Below, one piece after another: positions 47,052-57,500 of a stretch of DNA of 64,000 nt (the first letter of the stretch is position 1; every line of letters begins with the position of its first letter). The notes under the pieces were generated by a model that was given only the letters and a program-made list of their open reading frames with translations, did not search any database and was not told the DNA's origin. The translations under genes and the position numbers were made by a program. Location of the stretch: positions 1-64,000 of the IMG/VR virus record IMGVR_UViG_3300044641_002513. One strand, written 5' to 3'. The stretch comes from a virus.

Positions 47052-47633
47052 ATGAAAACTTATACAGACAGTCAACTATTAGATAGAGTAAAAAGTTTAC
47101 CTGATTATAAAGGTATTCCTCAAGGACATTGGATATTAGGAGTACGTTCAACAGAGGATAAACCTGATGCTTTTGATGATAAGTTTTATCATTTTATTGG
47201 AGAGACTTTTAGACAAGTAATTAAAGGTACTACTAATCCAGGAGTAACTGTTTTAAAAAACTTTGGTAAATTTAATCCTAATGGAGCAGCGGTAGTTAAA
47301 TCTGATGAGTGGTACTACGATCTTTGGAAGTTTGGCAAACATCACGGTAAAGTAGATGCTTTACTACAATTAGGTTCTAAAATCAAAGTGCATAGAGACG
47401 GAGATAAAGATAATAAATCAGAAGAACAAGGTTTGTTGCAAGAAGGTTTCTTTGGTATTAACTATCATTCTAATGGCTACGACATTGATGCAAAGGCTAC
47501 AGGTACGGTTGTAGGAGGCTGGTCAGCAGGTTGCCAAGTACCTTGTGAAATACAAAAATATAAAAAGCAAATGCAAGAGTTTAAGTTATCTAAACAACCT
47601 ACATTTACTTATTGTTTACTAAAAGAATTTTAA
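47052..47633 (+). CDS. Probable endolysin with an L,D-transpeptidase-like His/Cys motif
   Basis: GINYH...WSAGCQV, TTNPG; follows holin. Confidence 0.7.
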   Translation: MKTYTDSQLLDRVKSLPDYKGIPQGHWILGVRSTEDKPDAFDDKFYHFIGETFRQVIKGTTNPGVTVLKNFGKFNPNGAAVVKSDEWYYDLWKFGKHHGKVDALLQLGSKIKVHRDGDKDNKSEEQGLLQEGFFGINYHSNGYDIDAKATGTVVGGWSAGCQVPCEIQKYKKQMQEFKLSKQPTFTYCLLKEF

Positions 47634-47635
47634 TT

Positions 47636-47794
47636 ATGAAAATTAGAAACGGTTGGAAATCCCACGCAAGACAATGGGATAAATTAAGAATATCAATAAG
47701 AATATCTTATGTGGACATATTAACAATAGAAGCAGATATATCAAGAGAGTTTTATTTGTTTACTATCTTAAACTTTACTTTTAAAAACAGATAG
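47636..47794 (+). CDS. Small hypothetical protein
   Basis: ATG 47636 directly after the endolysin stop. Confidence 0.6.
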   Translation: MKIRNGWKSHARQWDKLRISIRISYVDILTIEADISREFYLFTILNFTFKNR

Positions 47795-47796
47795 CT

Positions 47797-47934
47797 ATGG
47801 CTAAAGTACAAACAACAGGTGGAGCTAAAACAAGAATAAAAGTATCTAGACCTGGGATACATTCAAAAACTAAAACTTCTAAATTAAAGACTTCTAGAAA
47901 ATATAAGAAGTTATATAGAGGTCAAGGTAAGTAA
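47797..47934 (+). CDS. 45-aa highly basic peptide ending YRGQGK (not in the ORF track)
   Basis: MAKVQTTGGAKTRIKVSRPGIHSKTKTSKLKTSRKYKKLYRGQGK. Confidence 0.7.
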   Translation: MAKVQTTGGAKTRIKVSRPGIHSKTKTSKLKTSRKYKKLYRGQGK

Positions 47935-47950
47935 TTTAAAAATAAACTTA

Positions 47951-47958
47951 TATATTTG
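47951..47958 (+). promoter_or_regulatory. Bacteroidota -7 promoter element
   Basis: TATATTTG 4 nt before ATG 47963. Confidence 0.65.
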
Positions 47959-47962
47959 CTAT

Positions 47963-48676
47963 ATGTTATCATTAGACGACCTTCACGCACAGTTAGACGA
48001 ATCTTTAGCAATTAACTCTATAGAATCTTCATTCTCTTATGAATTTTTTACAGATTTAATTAATGGACAACGTGCTCTATGGTTGCGTAATGAGTATAAC
48101 AAAAATAGAAGTATTGACCCTTACGTATTACAAGATTTATCTTGTTTAGAATTAGAGTTAGTTAATCCTATTGATTGTTGTATAGATGTTCCAGCAAAAT
48201 GTAAAGTGCTACGAACTAAAGTACAGATACCTAATACTATAGAATTTTATTTTACTAAAGGTATTGCAACAATTGGTCCTGCTGATATAATGATGCCTAG
48301 ATTCGTTCTAATAGACTATTCTAGAGTTCCTTACGTAGGACACGGAAGAACAACTCAAAGAGCTATATACGCATTTCTTTATAACAATTACTTGTATATA
48401 ACTAGTAAAAATCCTAGTGTAAATTTGACTAAGTACATTACTGTTAGGGGAATATTTGAAGACCCTACTACATTAAAACAATTTGTAAGTTGTGTTAGTG
48501 GCAAACCTTGTTATTCTAGTTCTGAGCCTTATCCATTAAACTTATGGATGTGGGAATATATGAAACCACAAATACTTAATCAGTTAATGCAAAAAGGAGC
48601 TAATCAGCAAGATGATTCTAATAATGCAGAAGACGGTAAAACAGAACCAACAATGGCAAGCAATGCAGGACAATAG
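47963..48676 (+). CDS. Tail ring protein
   Basis: Q.L.C.ELE.V, VRGIFEDP, YP pattern; crAss-like gene order. Confidence 0.7.
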   Translation: MLSLDDLHAQLDESLAINSIESSFSYEFFTDLINGQRALWLRNEYNKNRSIDPYVLQDLSCLELELVNPIDCCIDVPAKCKVLRTKVQIPNTIEFYFTKGIATIGPADIMMPRFVLIDYSRVPYVGHGRTTQRAIYAFLYNNYLYITSKNPSVNLTKYITVRGIFEDPTTLKQFVSCVSGKPCYSSSEPYPLNLWMWEYMKPQILNQLMQKGANQQDDSNNAEDGKTEPTMASNAGQ

Positions 48677-49190
48677 TAGTAAAGAAAGAAAAGTAGGAGA
48701 AGTAAAAAAGAAAGACTTTTACAACCACTACTTAAAACATAAACAAGAACGAGAAGTAGACAAAAGTGTTTATAACAAGTTTTTAAAAGTATTACTCGAT
48801 AAGTTTAGTACGGCAATAGTAGAAACAGGATTAGAGTTAAAGCTAACGGGAATAGGTAAACTAAGAGTTAGAAGTAAGAAACTAAACTATTTTACTAAAG
48901 AAGGCAAGAGAGCTAAGAGTGTAAGACCTAATTGGAAAGCTACACTAGAGTACTGGAAAGTAAAGTATCCAGACCAAACATTAAAAGAATTAAAAGGAGT
49001 GCCAAATAAACCAATACTGTATCACGAGAACGATCATACATCAGGAGAGTTTTACGAACATCATTGGGATAACAACACTACTAGTTTAAAATATAAAAGC
49101 TTTTATGGCTTTAAAGCGTCAAGACAATATTCAAGATTGATTGCTAAAGTTGTAAAAGACCCTAACCGTAAAACATTTTATTATGGATGA
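48612..49190 (+). CDS. IHF-like protein (crAss-type)
   Basis: LKL.GIG.LRV, PNWKAT..YW, N.HT.G, F.ASR...R.IAK. Confidence 0.7.
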   Translation: MILIMQKTVKQNQQWQAMQDNSSKERKVGEVKKKDFYNHYLKHKQEREVDKSVYNKFLKVLLDKFSTAIVETGLELKLTGIGKLRVRSKKLNYFTKEGKRAKSVRPNWKATLEYWKVKYPDQTLKELKGVPNKPILYHENDHTSGEFYEHHWDNNTTSLKYKSFYGFKASRQYSRLIAKVVKDPNRKTFYYG

Positions 49191-49458
49191 TGAATCAGTA
49201 AACAACGAAAACTCTTCAACTGACGTAGAATCAGTTGTAAAAATTACTCGCAAAGAATTTGAAGATGGTAGTTATGAAGAAACAAGAGTAGAACAAGTAG
49301 AAGGAGGTTTTATTACTACCCTATGTACTCGTAAAAAAGTAAACGGAGAATGGGTTTACAAAGATGAAAAATCTGTAAGCACAGAAGACCCTAGTAAAGA
49401 TAAATCAACTGAAGGTATTGCTAATAGATTAGAGTCTATATTTAAAAACTTAATGTAA
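49183..49458 (+). CDS. Hypothetical protein
   Basis: 91-aa acidic ORF. Confidence 0.6.
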   Translation: MDDESVNNENSSTDVESVVKITRKEFEDGSYEETRVEQVEGGFITTLCTRKKVNGEWVYKDEKSVSTEDPSKDKSTEGIANRLESIFKNLM

Positions 49459-50279
49459 TGTTTGCAGGAAGAACCGTATCATACAAAGCTATTATAGACA
49501 AAGTACTAAGAGACTTTGCTTTTAACTACGACATTAAACAAGAAGAAGGTCTAGAGTGGTTAGCTGAGTTTATGGCTCATACTAACGTAGGTATGGTTAT
49601 GAGTAACGACATTGCTTATATTGAGATTTGCGATGGTTTAGGAGAACTTCCTTTTGACTTACATAAAATTAATCAAACAGCTTACTTAGAAGGAGTTGAC
49701 TCAATAGAAGAAGCTGAATGTGGACACGGAAGACCTTTTCCAATGCGTTGGGCTACAGACAACTTCCACAAAAGATACCACAAAGACGATAGAGATTATA
49801 CTACTGAGTCGAGAGAAACTTACACTGTAGAAAACAATTATATCTTTCCTAGTTTTAGTAAAGGATTTATAATGATGAGCTACGTAGCTATTCCAACAGA
49901 TGATTGTGGTTATCCAGTAGTACCAGCTGAACAACAATGGTTAGAAGCTGCTGCTTTTTACATTGGCCACAAAATTGCTAGAAAACTTTGGTATATGGGA
50001 CAACTAAGAGATGCTATATTCCAAAAAATAGAAACAGACAGAGATTGGTATTTTGCTCAAGCAGTTAATCACGCTAAACAATGGAACGGTGTTGACGAAG
50101 CTGAATCAGTTAAAAATGCTACTATTAGAACAATACCTGATATACAAGCACATGCTTCTTTCTTTGCTAATATGCAGTTACCAGAACAACGTAAATTTAG
50201 ACCTAAAGCAGGAAGTGCTTTAGTGTCTACTATTAATACTATTAGTGCTAGTGTACAAGGACCTAATCCAGCAATATAA
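49458..50279 (+). CDS. Tail tubular/ring protein (P22 gp4-like position)
   Basis: LP.DL, SF.KG...SY.AIPTD..GYP.VP; immediately precedes the muzzle gene. Confidence 0.75.
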   Translation: MFAGRTVSYKAIIDKVLRDFAFNYDIKQEEGLEWLAEFMAHTNVGMVMSNDIAYIEICDGLGELPFDLHKINQTAYLEGVDSIEEAECGHGRPFPMRWATDNFHKRYHKDDRDYTTESRETYTVENNYIFPSFSKGFIMMSYVAIPTDDCGYPVVPAEQQWLEAAAFYIGHKIARKLWYMGQLRDAIFQKIETDRDWYFAQAVNHAKQWNGVDEAESVKNATIRTIPDIQAHASFFANMQLPEQRKFRPKAGSALVSTINTISASVQGPNPAI

Positions 50280-53200
50280 TGAACCCACACGTTAATACTT
50301 ATACAGGACTTAATCAAGATACTGCTTACGATAGTATCCCACCTAATTTATATATTGACGCACTAGATATTAGAATTACTACTACTTCAGGTGAATCTAC
50401 AGGAGCCTTTACTAATATGAAAGGTACGGTAGAATCTTTTACTATTCCTTTTGATTCAGAAGAAGCAAATCCTTCAGGAGAACCTTTTGGTGTTTGGACT
50501 GCATCTAACCCTAAAATCATTGGCTACACTACTATTAGAAATCGAATTATAGTATTTGTAGCAGATGACTCAGGAACTAAAAGTTGGATTTACGATATAC
50601 AATATAATACATCTACTAGAGAAATACTTAGTGGCTTTCCTGCATTAAAGTATTACAGCCCTTTACTTAACTTTAGTAAAGATTGGCCTATAGAAGCATT
50701 GGGACGATATGAGTCTGATTGTACTCAAAGAGTTTATTGGACAGATTATAATAACTTCTTTAGAACTATTAACTTAGAAGACCCTAATCTAACTACACTA
50801 GACCCAGGATTAGTAGACATCTATCCTAATGTAGAATTTACTCAACCTTTACTAACATCTATTACAGGAGGAGGAGCATTAATGTCAGGTGAGTATCAAG
50901 TTGCTTATAGACTTATTACTTTTGACGGAAAACAAACATTAGTATCTCCACCCTCTAACTTAATACATATTGTATCAGATTCTGAATTAACTAATTCAGC
51001 TGATTATAACGGAGACCCTATTGCAATAAACACAGGCAAATCTCTTTCTGTTACTGTTGACACTTCTAACTACAGCATTTTTGATAAGATAGAATTTTTA
51101 GTTCTTTATTACGAAAATGGTATAGCTACTCCATCTGCAAAAAGTGTAGAGACAGTGGGAATTGGTCTTAACACTTCAATAGTATTTACTTATACTGGTT
51201 CTGAAGGAAGCCAAACTACCGAAGAGTTATTTACATTTGCTACTAAAAACTTTGCTTTTAAAACACCTAAAAGTATTACTCAAAAAGATAATAGTTTAGT
51301 AGTTGCTAATATTAAAGGTTCTCAAGTTAACCTTGCTAGTTTACTAGGGCCTAACGAAACTTTTTATGCTAAAACTAGACGATACAGAAACTTAGGAGGA
51401 ACTATCACACCACCATTTACTCCAGGCTCAGGTAACGATGATAACGATTTACAAAACGCTTTTAATCTTGCTCTAAATAAAGATGCTCATTGGGATTCTA
51501 ATTGGCAAACTAATCAGCAATATAGATACCAGTCTGACGGAGCAAGACTAGGAGGAGAAGGTCCCAACATCAGTTATACTTTTCACTTAGAACCTTACAC
51601 TGTTGACGGAGACGTACAAGCAGGTATAGCTTCATTAGCACCTGTTCCTTTTGGATTTCCAAGAGATTCTCACGATTTAAACGACGGTTACGGTGTAAGA
51701 CCTAATACTACTTTTGCTAATGCTGCATCTCCGTTTATATCAGGCTTACTACGTGGTTACAAACGAGGAGAAACTTATAGATTTGGTATTATCTTTTACA
51801 CTACAAAAGGAGAAGCTACATTTGTAGAATACATTGGAGATATTAAGTTTCCTGATATTTCAGAAGAAGATAGCGTTAATAACCTATCGGGTACTCCTTA
51901 CTTTCCTTTATCTCAAGCTGACCCTGATACACCTCAGTTTACTATTGCTTACAACTTAGGTATTCAATTTAGTATTGACTTTAGTACTTGTCCAGATTTA
52001 TTATCTAATATTACTGGCTATCAAATAGTTAGAGTACAAAGAACTGATACAGACAAACGTAGAATAACTCAAGGTACTGTTAAAGTTTTTAAAAGGTTTA
52101 CAATGGGTCCTGGTTCTAGTCGTTTTAATTTAGAAATAGATGGAAGTGATGAAGTAGTACATATAAATCACTTACAGTTATTTGACGAATTTGGATTCGT
52201 AGACCCAAATTCTACCCCTACTCATTTAGCTTTCTTTTCTCCTGAAATATCTTTTAAACATAACACAACTATAGAAAATGCTACATCAGGTAATACTGCT
52301 TTATTGGTAACAGGAGGTTATACTATACAAGATGTTGTTTTAAGTAGTTCAACATCTGATAAATCTCCTATTGATTTAGGTAAAAAAACTGTTGATTATA
52401 GAATAAAATTAAAAAATACAATACCTTCTACTTTTAATAATATTGAAAATCTTAAACGTTGGGAAAATAATATGTATATGAATATGTTAGACGATTCTAC
52501 TTATACAGATAAAGTAACTCCTTTGTTTAACGGTTTTTATATGCGTAATTATTGGGCATACAATGAAAGTTCTCTAAACGATTTAAATAATCCTGCTAAT
52601 CAAAATAGTATACCTCCAGGAGATAGTTATTTTAGTAGGTCAGGTAGTAATATCATAGGAAATACAGCAAAATATACCGTAGACCCTTTAACACAGTCTG
52701 CTGTACCTACTGTTTCTTCTTATAATTATCTTAGACCTGGTTCTATTACTTTCTTAGGAGGTTTTGGAACAGATGAAGTTTTTCCTATTGTAGATTTAAT
52801 ACAACCTAAAGTAGAAGTTTATGGAGGTTATACAACATCTGCTTTAGAATCAAATGTTTTTATTACTGCTTCTCCTATCATTGATACTTCTGAAACTAAT
52901 CCTATTGTATTTGGTGGAGATATATTTATGAATATGTTTACTCTTCAAACAGCTATGACAGATTTTGATACAAATTTGTATAAAACAAGTCTCACAGCAC
53001 CTTTTTTTCAAGGTACTTTTGTAAGAACGGAGTTGTTTGTAACAGAGTCACAAATTAATCAAGACCTTGCTTACGGTGCTACGTTACGTACTCTAGTAGA
53101 ATATACTTTTGACGGAGATGAATCTCCTGTACTAAGACAAGAAAATAATAATACAAAAGCTCCTACTGCTAAAGATGTAAGTAATATGTATGCTTACAAC

Positions 53201-54529
53201 CCAGTTAACTCTAGAGAAAACATAGATGTAGCATTTTTTGTAGAACCTACTACAAGTAGTAGTGGATGTGTTATTAACGATGTTAGAGGTTACTTGTCTA
53301 ATGTTAAAATTAACAATGAACAATTAGATTCTTGGACTCAATTTGGAGTTAATAATTATTATGATATAGATGACTACGGTCCTATTAATAAAGTACTTAA
53401 CTTTAAAGATAACATCTTCTTTATTCAAGATAGAGCTGTAGGTATTTATGCTATTAATAGAGCTGCTATTACCACAGCAACTGATGGAGTGCCTACACAA
53501 TTAGGAACAGGTTTAGGATTTGGTAAACACCAATACTACACTAAAGAACATGGTTCTATTCATCAATGGGCTGTAAAACAAACTGACTCAGGTATTTACT
53601 TTTTTGATGCTATTCACAGAAAGATATTCTTATTAGGAGAAGGCAACTCGCCTTTATCTGAAGTAAAAGGAATGCACTCTTTTTTACAAAACTTAGGTGC
53701 AGGAAATTATTTAAGAAAAGAATACGGAGGAGATAATCCTATTTTAGGTAAAGGAGTGCATATAGGAAAAGACTTAATCAACAATGAGATTATTTTTACT
53801 TTCCTTACAAGTGGAATGATTAGGGCTGTAACAAGAGAAACTACTTATAATGTTTCTGATATTATACTAATTAGTAGTACTGTTAATTATTATGTAGTAA
53901 TCACCTCTACCTTTACTACTAGTGACGGGAGTCCTGCTGAGCTTATACTAGAAGTACTAGAACATGCAAACGTATTAGAAGACTTAAAACAAGTTACAGA
54001 CTTCTCTTTAGTCTACGATGAACTAAGTGCTTCTTTTTCTTCAAGACTTTCTCAAACTCCTCCAATATGGATTGAAAACGGAGACACATTAATAACAACT
54101 AAAAAAGTTGGTAATGCTGAAAAAGGATTTGTTCACAACATAGGAAACTATGGAGAGTTTTATAACAATATAGAAGAATGTTTTATTTCTCTAGTTGTAA
54201 ATCCTCAAGCAGATTTAAACAAGATATTAAGAACTTTAGAATACAATTCAATAGTAAGAGATAATAATAAAATAGTTGATAGAACTCAAACAATAACAGC
54301 GTTTAGAATCTATAACGAATATCAAGATACAGGAAAAGTTTCTTACTCAACTGATAGAATTAAAAGAAGATTTGATAAGTGGAGAGTTAAAATTCCTAGA
54401 GATATTAATAATCAACGTGCTCGTTTGCGTAGTTCTTATTTTATTGTAAATTTATACTTTGATAACTCTGAAAATAAAGAGTTGATAATGAATAGATTAA
54501 TTTCATACTTTGATGTTCAAATGTTTTAA
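50279..54529 (+). CDS. Tail stabilization/muzzle protein
   Basis: 1416 aa; GLNQD, VYWTD, GYKRGETYRFGIIFY, FGGD.F, RRF.KWR..IPR. Confidence 0.85.
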   Translation: MNPHVNTYTGLNQDTAYDSIPPNLYIDALDIRITTTSGESTGAFTNMKGTVESFTIPFDSEEANPSGEPFGVWTASNPKIIGYTTIRNRIIVFVADDSGTKSWIYDIQYNTSTREILSGFPALKYYSPLLNFSKDWPIEALGRYESDCTQRVYWTDYNNFFRTINLEDPNLTTLDPGLVDIYPNVEFTQPLLTSITGGGALMSGEYQVAYRLITFDGKQTLVSPPSNLIHIVSDSELTNSADYNGDPIAINTGKSLSVTVDTSNYSIFDKIEFLVLYYENGIATPSAKSVETVGIGLNTSIVFTYTGSEGSQTTEELFTFATKNFAFKTPKSITQKDNSLVVANIKGSQVNLASLLGPNETFYAKTRRYRNLGGTITPPFTPGSGNDDNDLQNAFNLALNKDAHWDSNWQTNQQYRYQSDGARLGGEGPNISYTFHLEPYTVDGDVQAGIASLAPVPFGFPRDSHDLNDGYGVRPNTTFANAASPFISGLLRGYKRGETYRFGIIFYTTKGEATFVEYIGDIKFPDISEEDSVNNLSGTPYFPLSQADPDTPQFTIAYNLGIQFSIDFSTCPDLLSNITGYQIVRVQRTDTDKRRITQGTVKVFKRFTMGPGSSRFNLEIDGSDEVVHINHLQLFDEFGFVDPNSTPTHLAFFSPEISFKHNTTIENATSGNTALLVTGGYTIQDVVLSSSTSDKSPIDLGKKTVDYRIKLKNTIPSTFNNIENLKRWENNMYMNMLDDSTYTDKVTPLFNGFYMRNYWAYNESSLNDLNNPANQNSIPPGDSYFSRSGSNIIGNTAKYTVDPLTQSAVPTVSSYNYLRPGSITFLGGFGTDEVFPIVDLIQPKVEVYGGYTTSALESNVFITASPIIDTSETNPIVFGGDIFMNMFTLQTAMTDFDTNLYKTSLTAPFFQGTFVRTELFVTESQINQDLAYGATLRTLVEYTFDGDESPVLRQENNNTKAPTAKDVSNMYAYNPVNSRENIDVAFFVEPTTSSSGCVINDVRGYLSNVKINNEQLDSWTQFGVNNYYDIDDYGPINKVLNFKDNIFFIQDRAVGIYAINRAAITTATDGVPTQLGTGLGFGKHQYYTKEHGSIHQWAVKQTDSGIYFFDAIHRKIFLLGEGNSPLSEVKGMHSFLQNLGAGNYLRKEYGGDNPILGKGVHIGKDLINNEIIFTFLTSGMIRAVTRETTYNVSDIILISSTVNYYVVITSTFTTSDGSPAELILEVLEHANVLEDLKQVTDFSLVYDELSASFSSRLSQTPPIWIENGDTLITTKKVGNAEKGFVHNIGNYGEFYNNIEECFISLVVNPQADLNKILRTLEYNSIVRDNNKIVDRTQTITAFRIYNEYQDTGKVSYSTDRIKRRFDKWRVKIPRDINNQRARLRSSYFIVNLYFDNSENKELIMNRLISYFDVQMF

Positions 54530-54531
54530 CA

Positions 54532-57500
54532 ATGGATATACCTAAAAAACTTAAACCCAAAAATCCTTTCTTAACCTTACAACCTCTTTACACTAATCCT
54601 ACTACAGGGTTAGGATTTAAAGCTGCAAGTATGGAATTAGGTTTAGAAGGAAACTATGGTAAAAAGAAAGAATGGACTTTAAAACCTCACATCGGTTATA
54701 GTTATAATGCACCGCAAGGAACAAGTCCTTTAAGTGGTGGTATAGATGCAAGTTATAAAGGTATGGCTAATCCTAGTCACACAGCAAATGCTGTTGTTAA
54801 TATGGGATTAGGGTACAATAATGCTGGAGGATGGAAAGGTTTAACAGGTGGTTTTGATGCAGGCTATCAATTTAATTTTGGAGCTAAGAACAGACGTAAA
54901 GGAGAAATAAAACCTGGAAAATTTGCAGGTAGTTTAATACCTTATGCAGGAGCTAATGCTACAGATGGTCTTATTTACGGTGGAAGAGGGAATTTTGAAT
55001 GGAGACCTAAGTTTGGAAACAAAGCACCATTTACTGTATTTGGTGGAGCTAATTTAAATTTTGCACCAACAACAGGTAAAGCAAAAGAAGTACAAGATAC
55101 TGGAACTGTCTATACCGAGGGCGAAGTGGGAACTGGAGGTATAACTACAACCCCAGGAGCGTTTAAAGACAACTCTTCAGAAGGTGTAAGATTTAAACCT
55201 ACTTTTGGAGCACATTTAGGAGTAAAAATTCCTTTACATAGAATAGCAGAGCATCTACCTTCTTTTAACCGTAACCCTATACCTTATCCTGAAGACCCAC
55301 TACCTTTACAAGGAGATTTTACTTATGCACAAAGAGAGCCTGAGTTATCTGATAGAGGAAAAGATTTATTAGGTACTTACGATGAAACTCCTCAACAATT
55401 TAAACAACGTTTAGATGAAAGAAGTATAGGTAATTTAAAAGTTGACCCTAGATACATTAATCAAGATATACGTGCTGATGAACTACAAGAATTTTCTTGG
55501 CAAAATAAATCTTATATTCCTTCAGAAGATAGTGATGATGGTTATGCTTTAGGAGGTACTATAAGAACAATGGATAAAGGCGGTAGTGGTTGTCCTGAAG
55601 GATATGTTTGGGATGGTGCTAATTGTATAAAAGATGTTAATTTACCAGAACAATCAGTTTATGGTAATGAAGCTAAAAGAAAACTACAAGGTTCTTTAAT
55701 TGATAAATACAATCAAGCTAAAGGAGCATATCAAGATTATAGAGAAAATGCTGGTTTAACTAAACAAAGATTAAAAAATGAAGGAGCTTCTTCTATTGGT
55801 GTTTTACAAGGACAAATTAAAGAATATAAAAATCAACTAGAAGAAGAAAAGAAAACTTATGATAGAGCACAAAAAGCTTTAAATGTTTTACAGAAAAAAG
55901 ATTCTGCTAACTGGAAAGATAAAAAACTTAAAGATGTAATGTCTGCACAAGGTGTAGATGCACTAAGAGATTTATATAGTAAAGGAGAAATGTCTGAAGC
56001 TACTTACAGAGATTTTTATAACAATTTTGGACAAGCTTATGATACTAACGTAAAAAAAGGCACAGGTTCAGGAGCAGAGTATTCTGCAAAAGAAGCAAAA
56101 GATAAATGGGGGGAAAGTAAAGATTGGCAAGATTTTACAGGTATGGTAAATAAAGCTGCTATAGCTGCTCCTTTATTTGGTGGAGCTGGAGCTTTAACTG
56201 CAAGCATACCTGCTATGGGAGGTGCTAGTAGTGGCTTTATACCTGCGGCCCAAACAGCTTTTAATACAAGTATGTTAGGTGTACCTGGTCTTACTGCTAA
56301 TAATTTATTATGGGGAGCGGGAGCTTACCTAAGTGCCGACCAAATTATTGACCCTAAATCAGCCACAAGAACTTCAATTAATACAGCAATTAAAGACCCT
56401 TCTTTATATAATGTAGTAGATGCTGCTGGAAATGTAGGTATGACTGGTTTAGGTTTTGCTGGACTACCTGTTAAAGCTGGATTAGCTTCTTTAGCTGACG
56501 ATGTTTCTGGAGCAGGTAATTATTTACAAAAAAGCTATAATCAAGTAGCTACAGGTAATTCCGCTTTACCTATAGCTTGGAAAGTAGAAAAACCTTTAGT
56601 TAATGCAGAAGCTATTAAAAATTCAAGAGCATTAACAAATGAAGAAGCCGAAGTATTAAAAAAATATTTAAATACTCCGTACTCTGTTAATAGTAATCGT
56701 GAATATCGTAAAATACTAGATAATATTGTTAAAACAAGTTCTGCTGATTTAAGTCAGGTCAATCAACCTTTAACAAGAATTAATAATTATTATGTAGCAA
56801 AAGGGGCAAATCCTAAATTACCCACAAGATATGGGCAAAAAATTACATATCCTAGTCAAAGGTCTTGGAGTTTAGGCGATGGTGCTACAATAGGATTTGA
56901 AAATAGAGGAAGACAAAGAGTGATTATTCCTAGTAAATATGTTAAAGAAGCCGAAGGCTTTCACGCTATTGATTACACAGACCCAAGATTAGTTACAGAC
57001 GGTATAAATAGAAGTGTAGAAAAAGAAATATTTGGTAATGTACCCGAAGGATATAAAGTAATAGGTAAAAGTAATGAAGGAGGTTTTGAAAACATTATTG
57101 TAAAACCTATTAAAACGAAGCCAATTGTAAACTCTTCTGTAGATGATGTTGGTAAAGGTGTAACAAATACAAATGAATTACCTCTTCCACCAAATCAAAT
57201 TTTTATAGATAATAATGCAAGTCTCAATTTACAACGTGCTGGTAATAAATCTAAAAAAAACATATATAAAAAAACAGAAACTATTAATGAAAATGGTTTT
57301 GATATAAAAACAAGATACAGAGGAGATGAAAATATACCTGCTGATATAACTATAGAAGGTAAATCAGGTTACTGGCAATTAAAGCCTAATAAAGCAGCAG
57401 GAGACAATACATGGGCTTTTTCTGCAAATATGGACAATCAGTTAGAGTCAGGGAAAGCAATGTTAAAAATGAATGAAAAATTTCCTTTTCCTAAGCCGAG

